DNA from: a virus | DNA: 64,000 bases | Virus record (IMG/VR): IMGVR_UViG_3300042321_002027 | Direction: 5' to 3' (one strand) | Shown here: positions 1 to 9,679 of the stretch, one piece after another | How positions within the stretch are numbered: position 1 is the first letter of the stretch | How the letters are laid out: each line of letters starts with the position of its first letter | Made by a program: the position numbers and the translations under genes | Notes under the pieces: generated by a model | The model's database searches: none | What the model was told of the DNA's origin: nothing | What the model saw: only the letters and a program-made list of their open reading frames with translations

Positions 1-1865
1 TTAGCAAGGTCCATCCAGTTGACGATCTTAGGCATCTTGGCTGCAAGTGCTTCGTACTCTTCCTTTGTGCAGTCCTGATACGGGGCTTGTTTATAAACGT
101 GATCGCTAAATGGCAAGAACGAAACGCCTGACATCTCATCGAAGTGTTCATATACCCAAGCACCAACACTCATCCACTCTTCTTCCTTAACAGAAACAGT
201 GATAGAAGGCTTGTGCTCACACCAGTGACGCTGATAAGTCAACCAAAGCTCAAGTTGTTCAATGGCAGTCATATCTTTACGGAACACAGCATGCTCAGGA
301 GACTTTTGTGGGAACGAGAACACATACGTATGATCTGGCTTAGTAATATCATCCTCGACAGGGAAACCCATGTCCTTCATCATAACTGCGAGAGGATCCT
401 TCTTATCTGCACGAACAGTTCTAATATAATAAGGAGAGTGACGAGCATGAATGCCACTTGCAGAGTCGACCAACTGTGATACCGTTCCACTAGGTTTGAC
501 GCAAGTAATAGCAGCGGAGACAGGAATATTAAGTTTAGCAGCCCATAACTTGTTAGTTTTAACAGCTTCTTCACGGAGACCCTCCAACATATCACCAATA
601 TTAAACAGTCCTGTAGCTTGTGTTGCACGACCGTTTGTGTATTCATTGTCCATAATACCAGTCAACGAAACACCAAGAAGTCTTTCCTCTTCGCAGTTCT
701 CCTTCCACTTCTTGTTCAGGTATTTGAAGTTGGTAAGTGTGGATTGGAATGTACCAAGGATAGTCGCGAGCTTGACTTTGTGCTTGAGGGTTTCTGGGGT
801 ATCGTCACCTCTAACCACGACCTCTGTAAGGTTACAAAACTCCCTTGAACGGAGAATGATTTCGCTACATGGGTTGGTGCCAAAATCGTGATCCGGATCT
901 CTTCTTCCATATTTCTCAGCCTGTTTCTTTGATGCAGTTCTACTAAAAATGCCACGTTCGCCAGAGCGCGACTCATAGAGGGAAAGCCACTCACGCATGA
1001 AGATGCCAGGTTCAGGCTTTTCCTTACCAACGTAAGAGTTGTTTGCGAGAGCGCGTTGTACATTCTCCTTCCACCAGTCACCAGACTTAGCATGGCGCAT
1101 TCTATCATCACTAAGGTCAGAAAGAGAAATAAGCGCGGATCTGCGTACGCCGCCCACAACCACAATTTCAGCGATCTTACAAACGATGTCATGGCACTCC
1201 AATGTAGTCAAACGACGACCAGCAGCCTTCTTGAATGTTGCAACCGCAAAATTAAACAAATCGTTCAACGGAGCAGGACCAGAAGCTCTGCCGCCGAACA
1301 CCTTCAATGGTGCGCCAGCAGGACGTACCTTTGACAAATCCCACTTAGGAATTTGACCAGCATAAAGAAGATGAATGAGTTCTTTAAGAGCCTTTGCCCA
1401 ACCCAACTTGGAGTCAGCCACAAGGATAGTAGTGTCAGTTGGAAACAATTCGTCTGGGATCACAGGCAGTTGATCCACATACTTAGATTCTACTGAGAAA
1501 CCTACACCAGTACCATTCATCAAGACGTAAAGGATTTCATCGAACGAACGAGGGCTATCAACTGCAACATATGAACAGTTATAACCAGAAACGTTTTCGC
1601 GCTTGAGTGCTTCGCCAGCAGTCATCAAGCAACGCATAGAAGGCATAATATCAAGGTTCAACACAGCTTCTTCCAACTGCTTACGTTCTTCAGCAGTGAT
1701 AGTGTATCCAGTCATTTCCTTGACGTGTTCATCAAAGAAATTAAAATAACGGGCGACTGTTTCGTCCCAGTTTTCTCGACGGTTTTCTTCCCACAGCCAA
1801 CGGGCATAACGAGACTTATGAATGAACTCTTGATACAGAGACGGTAACATATTACTGCCTGACAT
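1..1865 (-). CDS. nrdJ: Class II (adenosylcobalamin-dependent) ribonucleotide reductase, runs off left edge
   Basis: Not in the ORF track (no stop in window). Manual translation: MSGSNMLPSLYQEFIHKSRYARW...PSMRCLMTAG...YNCSY...LMNGTGVGFS...GGRASGP...GGVRRSALISLS...GTNPCSEI...TCVKPSGTVSQL; AGGAG RBS upstream. Confidence 0.92.
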   Translation of the reverse strand, partial: MSGSNMLPSLYQEFIHKSRYARWLWEENRRENWDETVARYFNFFDEHVKEMTGYTITAEERKQLEEAVLNLDIMPSMRCLMTAGEALKRENVSGYNCSYVAVDSPRSFDEILYVLMNGTGVGFSVESKYVDQLPVIPDELFPTDTTILVADSKLGWAKALKELIHLLYAGQIPKWDLSKVRPAGAPLKVFGGRASGPAPLNDLFNFAVATFKKAAGRRLTTLECHDIVCKIAEIVVVGGVRRSALISLSDLSDDRMRHAKSGDWWKENVQRALANNSYVGKEKPEPGIFMREWLSLYESRSGERGIFSRTASKKQAEKYGRRDPDHDFGTNPCSEIILRSREFCNLTEVVVRGDDTPETLKHKVKLATILGTFQSTLTNFKYLNKKWKENCEEERLLGVSLTGIMDNEYTNGRATQATGLFNIGDMLEGLREEAVKTNKLWAAKLNIPVSAAITCVKPSGTVSQLVDSASGIHARHSPYYIRTVRADKKDPLAVMMKDMGFPVEDDITKPDHTYVFSFPQKSPEHAVFRKDMTAIEQLELWLTYQRHWCEHKPSITVSVKEEEWMSVGAWVYEHFDEMSGVSFLPFSDHVYKQAPYQDCTKEEYEALAAKMPKIVNWMDLA

Positions 1866-1960
1866 ACGGATACTCCTAGTTTTTTTATTGTTTATTATTT
1901 TTGAAATGCTGAATTATCTTAATCAGCTGTTTAATTTCTTCTTTGGTAAATAATATTCTA

Positions 1961-2653
1961 TCAGTCATTATTCAACACATTCTTAAGTGAAGGAAACTTA
2001 TTCACGATCTGTTCCCAACATTCAGTTGCGATTAAACGATGTTCCTTCTGCGTTCCGTTTCCCATACGTAATTCACAGTAGTGGATCCATGAACGGAGTG
2101 ATCCTGACATATACATGCGTGACATAGTGAGACCTTCAGGAAGAACAGAACGAGCAACTTCCTTTGCGATACCATTCCTGATTGCCCATTCGTAAACTTC
2201 CATAGTCTCGTCAATCAATCTTTCTTGCATAGACTCCCACATATCAGGCACTTCATCGTCCTTATCTTTTGGAATCTCAATGCTATTTTGACGGTTCTTC
2301 TTATCTTGATAACGTGTTTCGCGCGGCTCAGACATTTCAGTAACAGCAGCATAACGCTGTGAAAACTCTTGAAACGAGAACGAGCGATGACGAAGGATTT
2401 GTCTTGCAATGTCGCGCGTGGTATTGATTTCCATAACTACATGCACCATCTCAAACGGTGACCAGTGCTTGTTCTTCACAAGATACTTGAGCAACTTTTC
2501 ACTATCTGGATTGTCCTGATTAGCAGGATTGGACACACGAGCACAATATGCAATAAAACTTTCAGCACTCATAAGATGGAACGTATCAGGTTTACCTTCT
2601 ACAGGCAGCTGAATGTTACAATGCGTCATCGCAATAAGTTTCACGTTACTCAT
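1961..2653 (-). CDS. thyX: Flavin-dependent thymidylate synthase
   Basis: RHRSFSFQEFSQRY ThyX motif, HWSPFE, TQKEHR. Confidence 0.96.
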   Translation of the reverse strand: MSNVKLIAMTHCNIQLPVEGKPDTFHLMSAESFIAYCARVSNPANQDNPDSEKLLKYLVKNKHWSPFEMVHVVMEINTTRDIARQILRHRSFSFQEFSQRYAAVTEMSEPRETRYQDKKNRQNSIEIPKDKDDEVPDMWESMQERLIDETMEVYEWAIRNGIAKEVARSVLPEGLTMSRMYMSGSLRSWIHYCELRMGNGTQKEHRLIATECWEQIVNKFPSLKNVLNND

Positions 2654-2657
2654 AATA

Positions 2658-2915
2658 TTATACTTCCTGATACGTTCTTACAAAAATGCTATCCTTGCAG
2701 GGATAAAACTCGCCAGCTACACCCTTGATAATCCAGTCGCCATCATCAGCAGTCATACGACCTTCGAGTGTGTCGATCCAAATAGTGGGAGGGCTAGTTT
2801 GCCAACCAACAGTAGCACTATTCATCCAATCAACGATCGGCTGTACAGTCTCAGGTCCGTCAATTTGCATAGCCTCAATAGCCACAGGTTTCTTTCTAAA
2901 GGTTCTTGGTGTCAT
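2658..2915 (-). CDS. Conserved phage hypothetical protein
   Basis: FRKKPVAIEA...IDTLEG...GDWIIKGVAGEFYPCKDSIF, a common phage family; start reassigned to ATG 2915. Confidence 0.75.
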   Translation of the reverse strand: MTPRTFRKKPVAIEAMQIDGPETVQPIVDWMNSATVGWQTSPPTIWIDTLEGRMTADDGDWIIKGVAGEFYPCKDSIFVRTYQEV

Positions 2916-2922
2916 AATATCC

Positions 2923-3186
2923 TCATATTGTATAAGCACTGATTCTCCAAGCATCTGGAGAATCCCATCCATGTTTCTTTATGTATTCATTCTTGGCAAC
3001 AATCTCTGCATCAATCTTTGACTTGGCTCTAACCTCAAATGTATCAGCCTTGCCCTTCTCATACTTGATAGGAGTAAGGTTGACCTTATACATCTTTGAG
3101 CCCTTCATCTTCTGCTTTACGACCTTGAGATAGTCAACAGGCTTATTGTGCCAAATGTCTTCCATTTCAGCCTTGGTAATCATCAT
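2923..3186 (-). CDS. Hypothetical protein
   Basis: ORF coupled in the operon, GGGA RBS. Confidence 0.6.
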   Translation of the reverse strand: MMITKAEMEDIWHNKPVDYLKVVKQKMKGSKMYKVNLTPIKYEKGKADTFEVRAKSKIDAEIVAKNEYIKKHGWDSPDAWRISAYTI

Positions 3187-3419
3187 TTGTTTCCCTTTAC
3201 AAAAGCATTATTCAATGAAACAACATAACTGGCATGCTCAAGGCTACCACCAACCATAGTAAACAAACATTTACCATTTTTGTCAACAATAGCAATATCC
3301 TGATTGTTGAGATCACCACCCCAATCCATGCGAATAGACCACGGACGATCACCGTCTGCACGGCTCGCCAGCGTTTTCATTCGTTGTTCGTCGTGATAGT
3401 CCATTATACTTTGCTCCAT
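3183..3419 (-). CDS. Hypothetical protein
   Basis: ORF overlapping the primase stop. Confidence 0.55.
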   Translation of the reverse strand: MEQSIMDYHDEQRMKTLASRADGDRPWSIRMDWGGDLNNQDIAIVDKNGKCLFTMVGGSLEHASYVVSLNNAFVKGNK

Positions 3420-4426
3420 TTGGTCAATGCCAGTTTCGCAGCTAGATCTCGATAAGTGTTATTATCGATAATGTGATTAATAAAATCCGGAGAAAGACCA
3501 GCAAGGACCATGTCGTTAACATCCTTGTGTTCTAGATTCTCTGGCCATATACACACATTATACCCGTTCATAATACTTTTGTCAAGCTTTTTTATTGTCT
3601 CTCTTGATCTTGGTTCATTATCATAAACAATAACAAGTTTGCTCTTATCAAAGTTTTTAAGAACAGGAATCATCTCTCCACCAGCTACCGCAATTGAATT
3701 AGGAACAAACATAGAATCGATCGGTCCTTCAAAAGCATACGTTTTTCTCATAAGGTCAACAGTGTCTAAACCATAGACCTTCGGAGAAGTGTCGTTCAAT
3801 ACGATGGTGATATACTTAGTTTTTGACGATCTTAAGGAACGCCCTTGGAAGGCAAATAAGTTTTTATTTTTGTCTAAGAAAGGAATCAAAAGCCTTTGTT
3901 CGTCATGCTTTAGTGCGTCATTCTCAAACTTATTAGGTAGTATTCCATTAACGAATGACATAAAATTAGGACATGCAAAAAGTTTCGCATGGTAAGGATT
4001 TGGAATTTTTCTTAGATCAACAAACTTCTTGATAGGATGATCTGGTGATAGCTGACTAACCTTCTTCAATCCCTTCAACGGTCCACTCTTCATGAACACA
4101 GGCTTCTTCATTTTTTCGATGAACTCTTCGTACTCTCTCTGCTCAGGAGTTTTCTTATCCTGTAGCTTCTCAAGTTGCATCTCATTATAGAGATTCAGAT
4201 CGATCATCTTAATAAAATTAGGCACAGATGAACTTGCCCCACAGTTGTGACAGTGGAACGACATCTTACCTTGCTTTTCGTAGATATATCCGCGAGCTTT
4301 ACTCTTGCTAGACTCTGAGTCTCCGCAAATTGGACACCTAAAGTTATAAAGAGTCGGTCCCTTGCGCTTAAACTTCTCTAATCGAGTAGAAACAATACCA
4401 ATATATTTGTGCTGCAGCCAATCCAT
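3404..4426 (-). CDS. gp61: T4 gp61-like DNA primase
   Basis: Zn ribbon CPICGD...HCHNC, FQGR, TOPRIM EGPIDS, YDNEPR, KDVND. Confidence 0.95.
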   Translation of the reverse strand: MDWLQHKYIGIVSTRLEKFKRKGPTLYNFRCPICGDSESSKSKARGYIYEKQGKMSFHCHNCGASSSVPNFIKMIDLNLYNEMQLEKLQDKKTPEQREYEEFIEKMKKPVFMKSGPLKGLKKVSQLSPDHPIKKFVDLRKIPNPYHAKLFACPNFMSFVNGILPNKFENDALKHDEQRLLIPFLDKNKNLFAFQGRSLRSSKTKYITIVLNDTSPKVYGLDTVDLMRKTYAFEGPIDSMFVPNSIAVAGGEMIPVLKNFDKSKLVIVYDNEPRSRETIKKLDKSIMNGYNVCIWPENLEHKDVNDMVLAGLSPDFINHIIDNNTYRDLAAKLALTKWSKV

Positions 4427-4458
4427 AGTGTACTCTCATCATCAAAACCACACTAGTG

Positions 4459-4486
4459 ATTATACTGTCTTTTTAATAAATGTCAA
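4459..4486 (-). promoter_or_regulatory. sigma70-type promoter for the primase-thyX-nrdJ operon
   Basis: Minus strand TTGACA-N16-TATAAT. Confidence 0.7.
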
Positions 4487-4490
4487 ACAG

Positions 4491-4895
4491 TTATTTACCA
4501 AAAACTTCAATTATTTTTGGACCATATGTAATTAAAAATATTACAACGCTGAATCCACCAAGATAAGTCCATATAATTTTTTCAACAGCTGTCATTTTAT
4601 CAGAAAGAGCTTTATGTTGATCTTTCTGCTCTTTTCTCATTTTTTCTAGTTCTTCTAAAATTTTTGTATCTTCTACTCTCATGACATCATACACGTGTTG
4701 AATTTTTTTATCATATTCTTCTCTGCGTTTCTCTACCATGTCTTCTATTAAGCCCATGCTTCTTTCTTGTTGAGAAAGTCTCTGCTCTTGCACGGCAAGC
4801 ATTTTGTTTAAATCTGCAGAAATCTCTGTTAGCTTATCGATCGCATCTTCTATGCGACTCTGTCTTTTTTCCATATGTTCTATATCAGATACCAT
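4491..4895 (-). CDS. Coiled-coil protein with C-terminal TM helix
   Basis: Heptad-rich; C-terminal IIWTYLGGFSVVIFLITYG. Confidence 0.7.
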   Translation of the reverse strand: MVSDIEHMEKRQSRIEDAIDKLTEISADLNKMLAVQEQRLSQQERSMGLIEDMVEKRREEYDKKIQHVYDVMRVEDTKILEELEKMRKEQKDQHKALSDKMTAVEKIIWTYLGGFSVVIFLITYGPKIIEVFGK

Positions 4896-5037
4896 GGCTC
4901 TTTTCCTTACCTAGCTCTTTTTTAGGACCAGTTATTCTTCTGAGAGGTTTGGCTGTAAGGAGTTTTTCAGGCATTGCAATGTTTCCTCCACCTAGAGGAG
5001 AAGATGCGCCCATAGCATTTGCAATTTCTTCGTTCAT
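4885..5037 (-). CDS. Small hypothetical protein (50 aa, not in ORF track)
   Basis: MNEEIANAMGASSPLGGGNIAMPEKLL...; start coupled to the upstream stop (TAATG). Confidence 0.55.
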   Translation of the reverse strand: MNEEIANAMGASSPLGGGNIAMPEKLLTAKPLRRITGPKKELGKEKSHGI

Positions 5038-5429
5038 TAAACCTTCCTTAATTTTTTTACAATAACTGGGTCCATCTCAATTAAATCGGTATCTACAATC
5101 AAATCATCATCAACGTTATATATTTTATCTGGTAGCAAATTTAACAAAATTAAGAAGGGTTTTATAAATTTCATTTGCAGTTTTAGTTTTAGGTACAATA
5201 TTTTACATAAAATATCCGGACCAAAACAATTATTTAAAACAATAATATGATTAAGTATCAATCTTTCCTTTAAGTCGCCATTCTCAACATATCTAGTAAT
5301 TAATTTTTTTATATATTTAATTCTGTTTAAATCTTCTACAAATTCTTCAGTAGAAACATATCGAGAATTATCATAATGTTGAGCGCAAAATAGTAAAAAG
5401 TTATGATCTGTCAGTTTTTCATTGTTCAT
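5037..5429 (-). CDS. Conserved T4-like hypothetical protein
   Basis: EEFVEDLNRIKYIKKLITRY...LKERLILNHIIVLNNCFG, typical of cyano/pelagi-myoviruses. Confidence 0.8.
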   Translation of the reverse strand: MNNEKLTDHNFLLFCAQHYDNSRYVSTEEFVEDLNRIKYIKKLITRYVENGDLKERLILNHIIVLNNCFGPDILCKILYLKLKLQMKFIKPFLILLNLLPDKIYNVDDDLIVDTDLIEMDPVIVKKLRKV

Positions 5430-5435
5430 TTAATA

Positions 5436-5933
5436 TTAATAATACGTTGCTGCATATTTAAGTAAAACGTTAGATGTTGCTGCCGAGTCTCTTCTCAAGA
5501 AAAGAGTTACTACTCCAGTAGACAAATTTACTGATGGGGTAGAATCAAATCTTATTTTGTTCGAACCAACGTCTGCTACACTAACCGATGAACATGCATC
5601 AGTGCTATTAGCTGAACAAAAAATTTCACCAGTCGTAATATCACCTGATGTGACATCAACCGCATGAAATTTCACATCAGCTGCGTCTGTGTTGAAAGTA
5701 AAGAAGGCAACAGGAGTTGTGCCATCTGAAGTAATTGTCACGCTATTACTTACTATTGTTGAATTAGGAACAACAACAGGCAATAGCGTGGCAATTGAGT
5801 TTGCTAAATTACCAGCAGTAATAGTTCTTACGCTTGCATTAGATGCAGGACTTCGGAGGATCAAAATCCTATCAGTACTTGCTGCATTAGTAGTAGTCGG
5901 TAGTTCCGATACTTTTTTACTATTATCTGCCAT
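5436..5933 (-). CDS. Probable virion structural protein
   Basis: KKVSELP N-terminal motif of phage fibre/decoration proteins; S/T/A/N-rich. Confidence 0.6.
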   Translation of the reverse strand: MADNSKKVSELPTTTNAASTDRILILRSPASNASVRTITAGNLANSIATLLPVVVPNSTIVSNSVTITSDGTTPVAFFTFNTDAADVKFHAVDVTSGDITTGEIFCSANSTDACSSVSVADVGSNKIRFDSTPSVNLSTGVVTLFLRRDSAATSNVLLKYAATYY

Positions 5934-5951
5934 AATTATTATACCAATCTA

Positions 5952-6944
5952 TTATGAATCGTGTAGAACTGTGTCGTCAGCACCATCAGCTGTTGTAGCT
6001 GGAGTACCAAAGGCAGCTGTTTGAGCACCAAGAGATCCCATGGCTACCAATGTTTCCATTTGAACACGACCAGCGCGACCACCAGTGCCTTCTGTACGAA
6101 GAACCCAACCAGCGTGAGCAGCGCCCTGACGCTTTGCACCAGTTACGATGACAAGACCAGTAGCAGTGTCGCCGCGAATTGTGTGAGTTTCTCCAGAAAC
6201 AGTTACTCGGGTGTCAACAATGTTAACATTTGCACCACCAGCAGATTCTGAAAGAGCAATTGTAGATGTATTAGCAAAAGAAACATAATAAAAAGTATTA
6301 CCAGTTAGAGGAGCGATTGGTGTGTTAGCTGTTGGAACAGAATAGAACAAACGATCGCCAACCTGCAATCTAGAGTTGGCAGTAGAAACAACCAATGTGT
6401 CAGTTGTGTTACTGAAACCAGCTGAGTTTGCAGTGATGTTAATTGCAGCAGGAGCAGCAATAGTGATTGCTGGTGTTTCAGCGATGCCAGTGATTGACTG
6501 GTTTGAAGTTAATGCAGTTACGCGACCAAGAACAACAGTAGCATTAGCAGCTGAAGTGTTAGTTACGCCATTGGCAAAAGTAATAGTGACAGCGGCTGCA
6601 GTGTTTGATGCATAACCAGAACCAGATCCTGTTACACGCCAAATACCGTTTGTTGAACCAGTTGTTAAGCCCATTTCTGCTGCGTCAACACCGAAAACAC
6701 CGACAGCCTGTCCTGGAATGTAAGCATTTAAAGTAGTATTTAAATACATACTTACATCAACGTTGGCTCTAGAGCCATCTGATGTGTTACCGAAGTGAGC
6801 GTTAGCACCATCGACGCGAACTGAAGAGTTACCGCCTCCAGACTTAACTAAAGCATGAGTACCGATTGGTGCTCCATTTGATGATTCAACAGTAGTAGTG
6901 CTATTAGCAGTTACTGCTTGATCGTTTCTACCCCATAATGGCAT
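5952..6944 (-). CDS. Probable virion structural protein
   Basis: MPLWG N-terminus and AHAGWV...GRAGRVQMETLVAM C-terminus typical of T4-like phages; late-promoter-like TAATAAATA upstream. Confidence 0.7.
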   Translation of the reverse strand: MPLWGRNDQAVTANSTTTVESSNGAPIGTHALVKSGGGNSSVRVDGANAHFGNTSDGSRANVDVSMYLNTTLNAYIPGQAVGVFGVDAAEMGLTTGSTNGIWRVTGSGSGYASNTAAAVTITFANGVTNTSAANATVVLGRVTALTSNQSITGIAETPAITIAAPAAINITANSAGFSNTTDTLVVSTANSRLQVGDRLFYSVPTANTPIAPLTGNTFYYVSFANTSTIALSESAGGANVNIVDTRVTVSGETHTIRGDTATGLVIVTGAKRQGAAHAGWVLRTEGTGGRAGRVQMETLVAMGSLGAQTAAFGTPATTADGADDTVLHDS

Positions 6945-6988
6945 TTCTTATTTCCTCCTAGTGAGATAATTTCTTTGTATTTATTAGT

Positions 6989-7291
6989 TTAAAAATCTTC
7001 AATCATGTCTCTTAAATAATGAGATTTTGTATTAATACGCCTTATTAATTCACCATCTTCTTTATGACGATATTTTTGTTCTTCTGGCGCAACAACTTCT
7101 ACTATTTCTTCGACTAACTTTTCTTTAGCTTCTACTATTTCTTCGACTAACTTTTTTTTAGCCAGCTTTTCTTTAGCTTCTTTCTTGATAGAATCTAGTG
7201 TGGATGGTCGACCATCCACACTAGGAGCAGCTACACTTATTATTGGCTTTTGATGCGCCTTAATAATTATATTTCTGGCATTAATAGGCAT
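6989..7291 (-). CDS. Hypothetical protein with internal KLVEEIVE duplication
   Basis: ORF; 33-nt-period direct repeat at about 7096-7162. Confidence 0.6.
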   Translation of the reverse strand: MPINARNIIIKAHQKPIISVAAPSVDGRPSTLDSIKKEAKEKLAKKKLVEEIVEAKEKLVEEIVEVVAPEEQKYRHKEDGELIRRINTKSHYLRDMIEDF

Positions 7292-9678
7292 TAGATTTTT
7301 GGTAATGTAATCTTATTTGTGTTTGCTGGATCAAGAGACTTACCAGAATGTTTTTCAACGAATGCCTTAGTCATAGATTCCTTATGAGCTGGCTTTTCTG
7401 TACCGTGGAAAGCCTTATAGAAATCATTAGCAGCCTTTTGTGGTGCAGAGAATTCCATAGTTTTTGGTGTTGATACAGTTTTGCCATCAACCTTTGATGT
7501 TGTATAACCAGTGATGTGTTTTAGTTTGTAGTTGCCTTTGCCGTCAGAAAGACCAAGCTTTTCAGCATTTCTGATTTGATCAACAACGTGTGTTACACCA
7601 CCAGTTGTACCGCTACCAGAACCATGCTTAGAACCAGACTTACTGCCCTTTGGACGACCACGACCACGCCTTGCTTCTTCTTCAGCAATAGCTTCGTCAG
7701 TCAATGTTCCTGATCTGCTAGCTGTAGAACCAAAAGCATTTGGTGAATAATCATCTGGAGTTGGAGCAACTGGACCTTCAAGGATAGCAGCCATGTGTGC
7801 TAGTTCTGCTTCAGAAAATTCAACTTCTTCTTTAAACCTGTCATACGCCTGATTTGCTACTTGTTGATTCTTTTTGGCATTTTTTACATCACCATCATCA
7901 GCCGCTTTCATTAGACGGTCCACAGCTCTTTTCTGAACTTTGCCAAGAAGTTTCTGACCTTTCTTGCCCTGATAGCCTTTAAGTTCATCAATCTGTTCAA
8001 CTTCTTCCTGTACTGTCATAAAGTGAGTAACGTGAGCTTTACCACCCTTCATATGAATAGAGTGAACCTGACTCTCAATTCCGTCGTTGTGTGTAACGAA
8101 GTGCTTACCATCCTGCTTATCAAATGTAACAGTACCCTTGCCCCACATTTTCTTTACGTGATTGGCAATTGCCTTCTTGTGCTCAGCTGGTAAACCACCA
8201 GCAGCTTCGTCGATGTATTCAACTTCTTCGTTCTTCAATGCGATAGAGCTTTTTCCAGTATTCTGATATACCTTTGATTCTGGTTTCTTATAACCAGCAA
8301 CAGCATCAGCAACCTTGGCAATTCCTTGACCATAAGCAGCGCCAACTCCCTTGGCAATCGCCTCAACGCTTCTTAATCCGCCTGCACGATTTGCTGCATC
8401 TTTTGCAGAGTCAATCATGCTGCGCTGACGAGATCCTGGCTCACCAATTTCTTTATTTGTTTCGCGCTCACGTTCCATTGATTTTGCTACATCAGCAGGA
8501 AGATCGCCCTTTGGTGATGGTCCTTCTTCCTTTTCTTTCTTTGGTTTTGCATAAGAAGGAGCTTTAATTCTCATTGAAGAAGGAGAAGTTACATCTTCCT
8601 TCATTGCATCAGCAATTTTCTTACGACGATTGTGTAGGTAGCTATCGGTTTTATCCTTGTCGCCATCGTTGTCGATGTCTTCATCTTCCTTGCCAACTGG
8701 ATCAAGTTTCTTTGCTTTCTTAGCTGCTTCGAAAATGTTTGATGTGTTTAGTGATTGAAGCTTCATGAAGGCTTCGATAAGCTTATTTGACATTTCTGTT
8801 GACTCCATTCTGTCTCTATTGTAGTTTAAACGACGTTTTAATTCTTCTTCTCTTTTAGCTCTTTCGACAGCATCAGGATTTGTCATAAGTGTAAATCCTG
8901 TTTTACCTCCTGAAAAATTTGGAGCAGCTGGTTTAACACTGCTGCTGCCAGCTACACTGCTGCTGCCAGGTTCTCTTGCCATTATTCTAGAAGTTGTTCG
9001 GTCATTCAAAGCTTTTGCACCAATAGGATTTTCTCTTCTCATTTTATTAAAGCCTTCTTGGCGTTTCATATGAGATAAAGTTTGATCGCCTACGATGCCA
9101 TCAACTTTTAAATTATATTTTTTTTGATAATCCATAACAGCTTTTCTGGTGTTATCACCATATTGTTTGTCTGCTTTGATTCCAAGTTGTCTTTGAACAT
9201 ATGAAACTTGATCGCCGCTTGAACCAACTCTTAGATTGCTAGTAGAAGTTCCAACTTTCATCTGTGGTGTAGAAGTGTCGAACTTTTTATACTGAGACTC
9301 ATAATTAGAAGCGGCAGTTGTCGGATTTTGATTAGCCTTATACATGTCACCAGCTGCAGCTGCTTGTGTTACAATAGGCTGAGTCATCTGCGAAGAACCA
9401 GAAGTTGCTGCTGCTGGCGCGCTTGCTGCAGGAGGAGCTGCTGATTGTTTATATCTATCAACTCCAAGGTTTGCAAAATTTGAACCTGTTTTAGTCAAAT
9501 CTGCCATTGATTTTTGTACACTTAATCCAGTTGCATCATATCCGGTGCCGCTAGCATTAACACGTTCGCCGCTAATTGGCATAGGACCTTGTTGTTTAAT
9601 TGGAGTTACTCTTCTAGTTAAATCTTCATGCAACTTCAAAAATGATTCAATTAGTGGATTTTTAGTTTCTTTGCTCAT
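7291..9678 (-). CDS. Large probable internal head protein with peptidoglycan-binding domain
   Basis: LRVGSSGDQVSYVQRQLGIKAD...YGDNTRKAVMDYQKKYNLKVDGIVGDQT (PG_binding_1-like); repeated EEVExIDE motifs. Confidence 0.7.
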   Translation of the reverse strand: MSKETKNPLIESFLKLHEDLTRRVTPIKQQGPMPISGERVNASGTGYDATGLSVQKSMADLTKTGSNFANLGVDRYKQSAAPPAASAPAAATSGSSQMTQPIVTQAAAAGDMYKANQNPTTAASNYESQYKKFDTSTPQMKVGTSTSNLRVGSSGDQVSYVQRQLGIKADKQYGDNTRKAVMDYQKKYNLKVDGIVGDQTLSHMKRQEGFNKMRRENPIGAKALNDRTTSRIMAREPGSSSVAGSSSVKPAAPNFSGGKTGFTLMTNPDAVERAKREEELKRRLNYNRDRMESTEMSNKLIEAFMKLQSLNTSNIFEAAKKAKKLDPVGKEDEDIDNDGDKDKTDSYLHNRRKKIADAMKEDVTSPSSMRIKAPSYAKPKKEKEEGPSPKGDLPADVAKSMERERETNKEIGEPGSRQRSMIDSAKDAANRAGGLRSVEAIAKGVGAAYGQGIAKVADAVAGYKKPESKVYQNTGKSSIALKNEEVEYIDEAAGGLPAEHKKAIANHVKKMWGKGTVTFDKQDGKHFVTHNDGIESQVHSIHMKGGKAHVTHFMTVQEEVEQIDELKGYQGKKGQKLLGKVQKRAVDRLMKAADDGDVKNAKKNQQVANQAYDRFKEEVEFSEAELAHMAAILEGPVAPTPDDYSPNAFGSTASRSGTLTDEAIAEEEARRGRGRPKGSKSGSKHGSGSGTTGGVTHVVDQIRNAEKLGLSDGKGNYKLKHITGYTTSKVDGKTVSTPKTMEFSAPQKAANDFYKAFHGTEKPAHKESMTKAFVEKHSGKSLDPANTNKITLPKI

Positions 9679-9679
9679 A

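Noticed and set aside
144-1356. Short ORFs listed in the track over the first 1.4 kb
   Set aside because: They all lie within the minus-strand nrdJ frame, which the track missed because it runs off the window.
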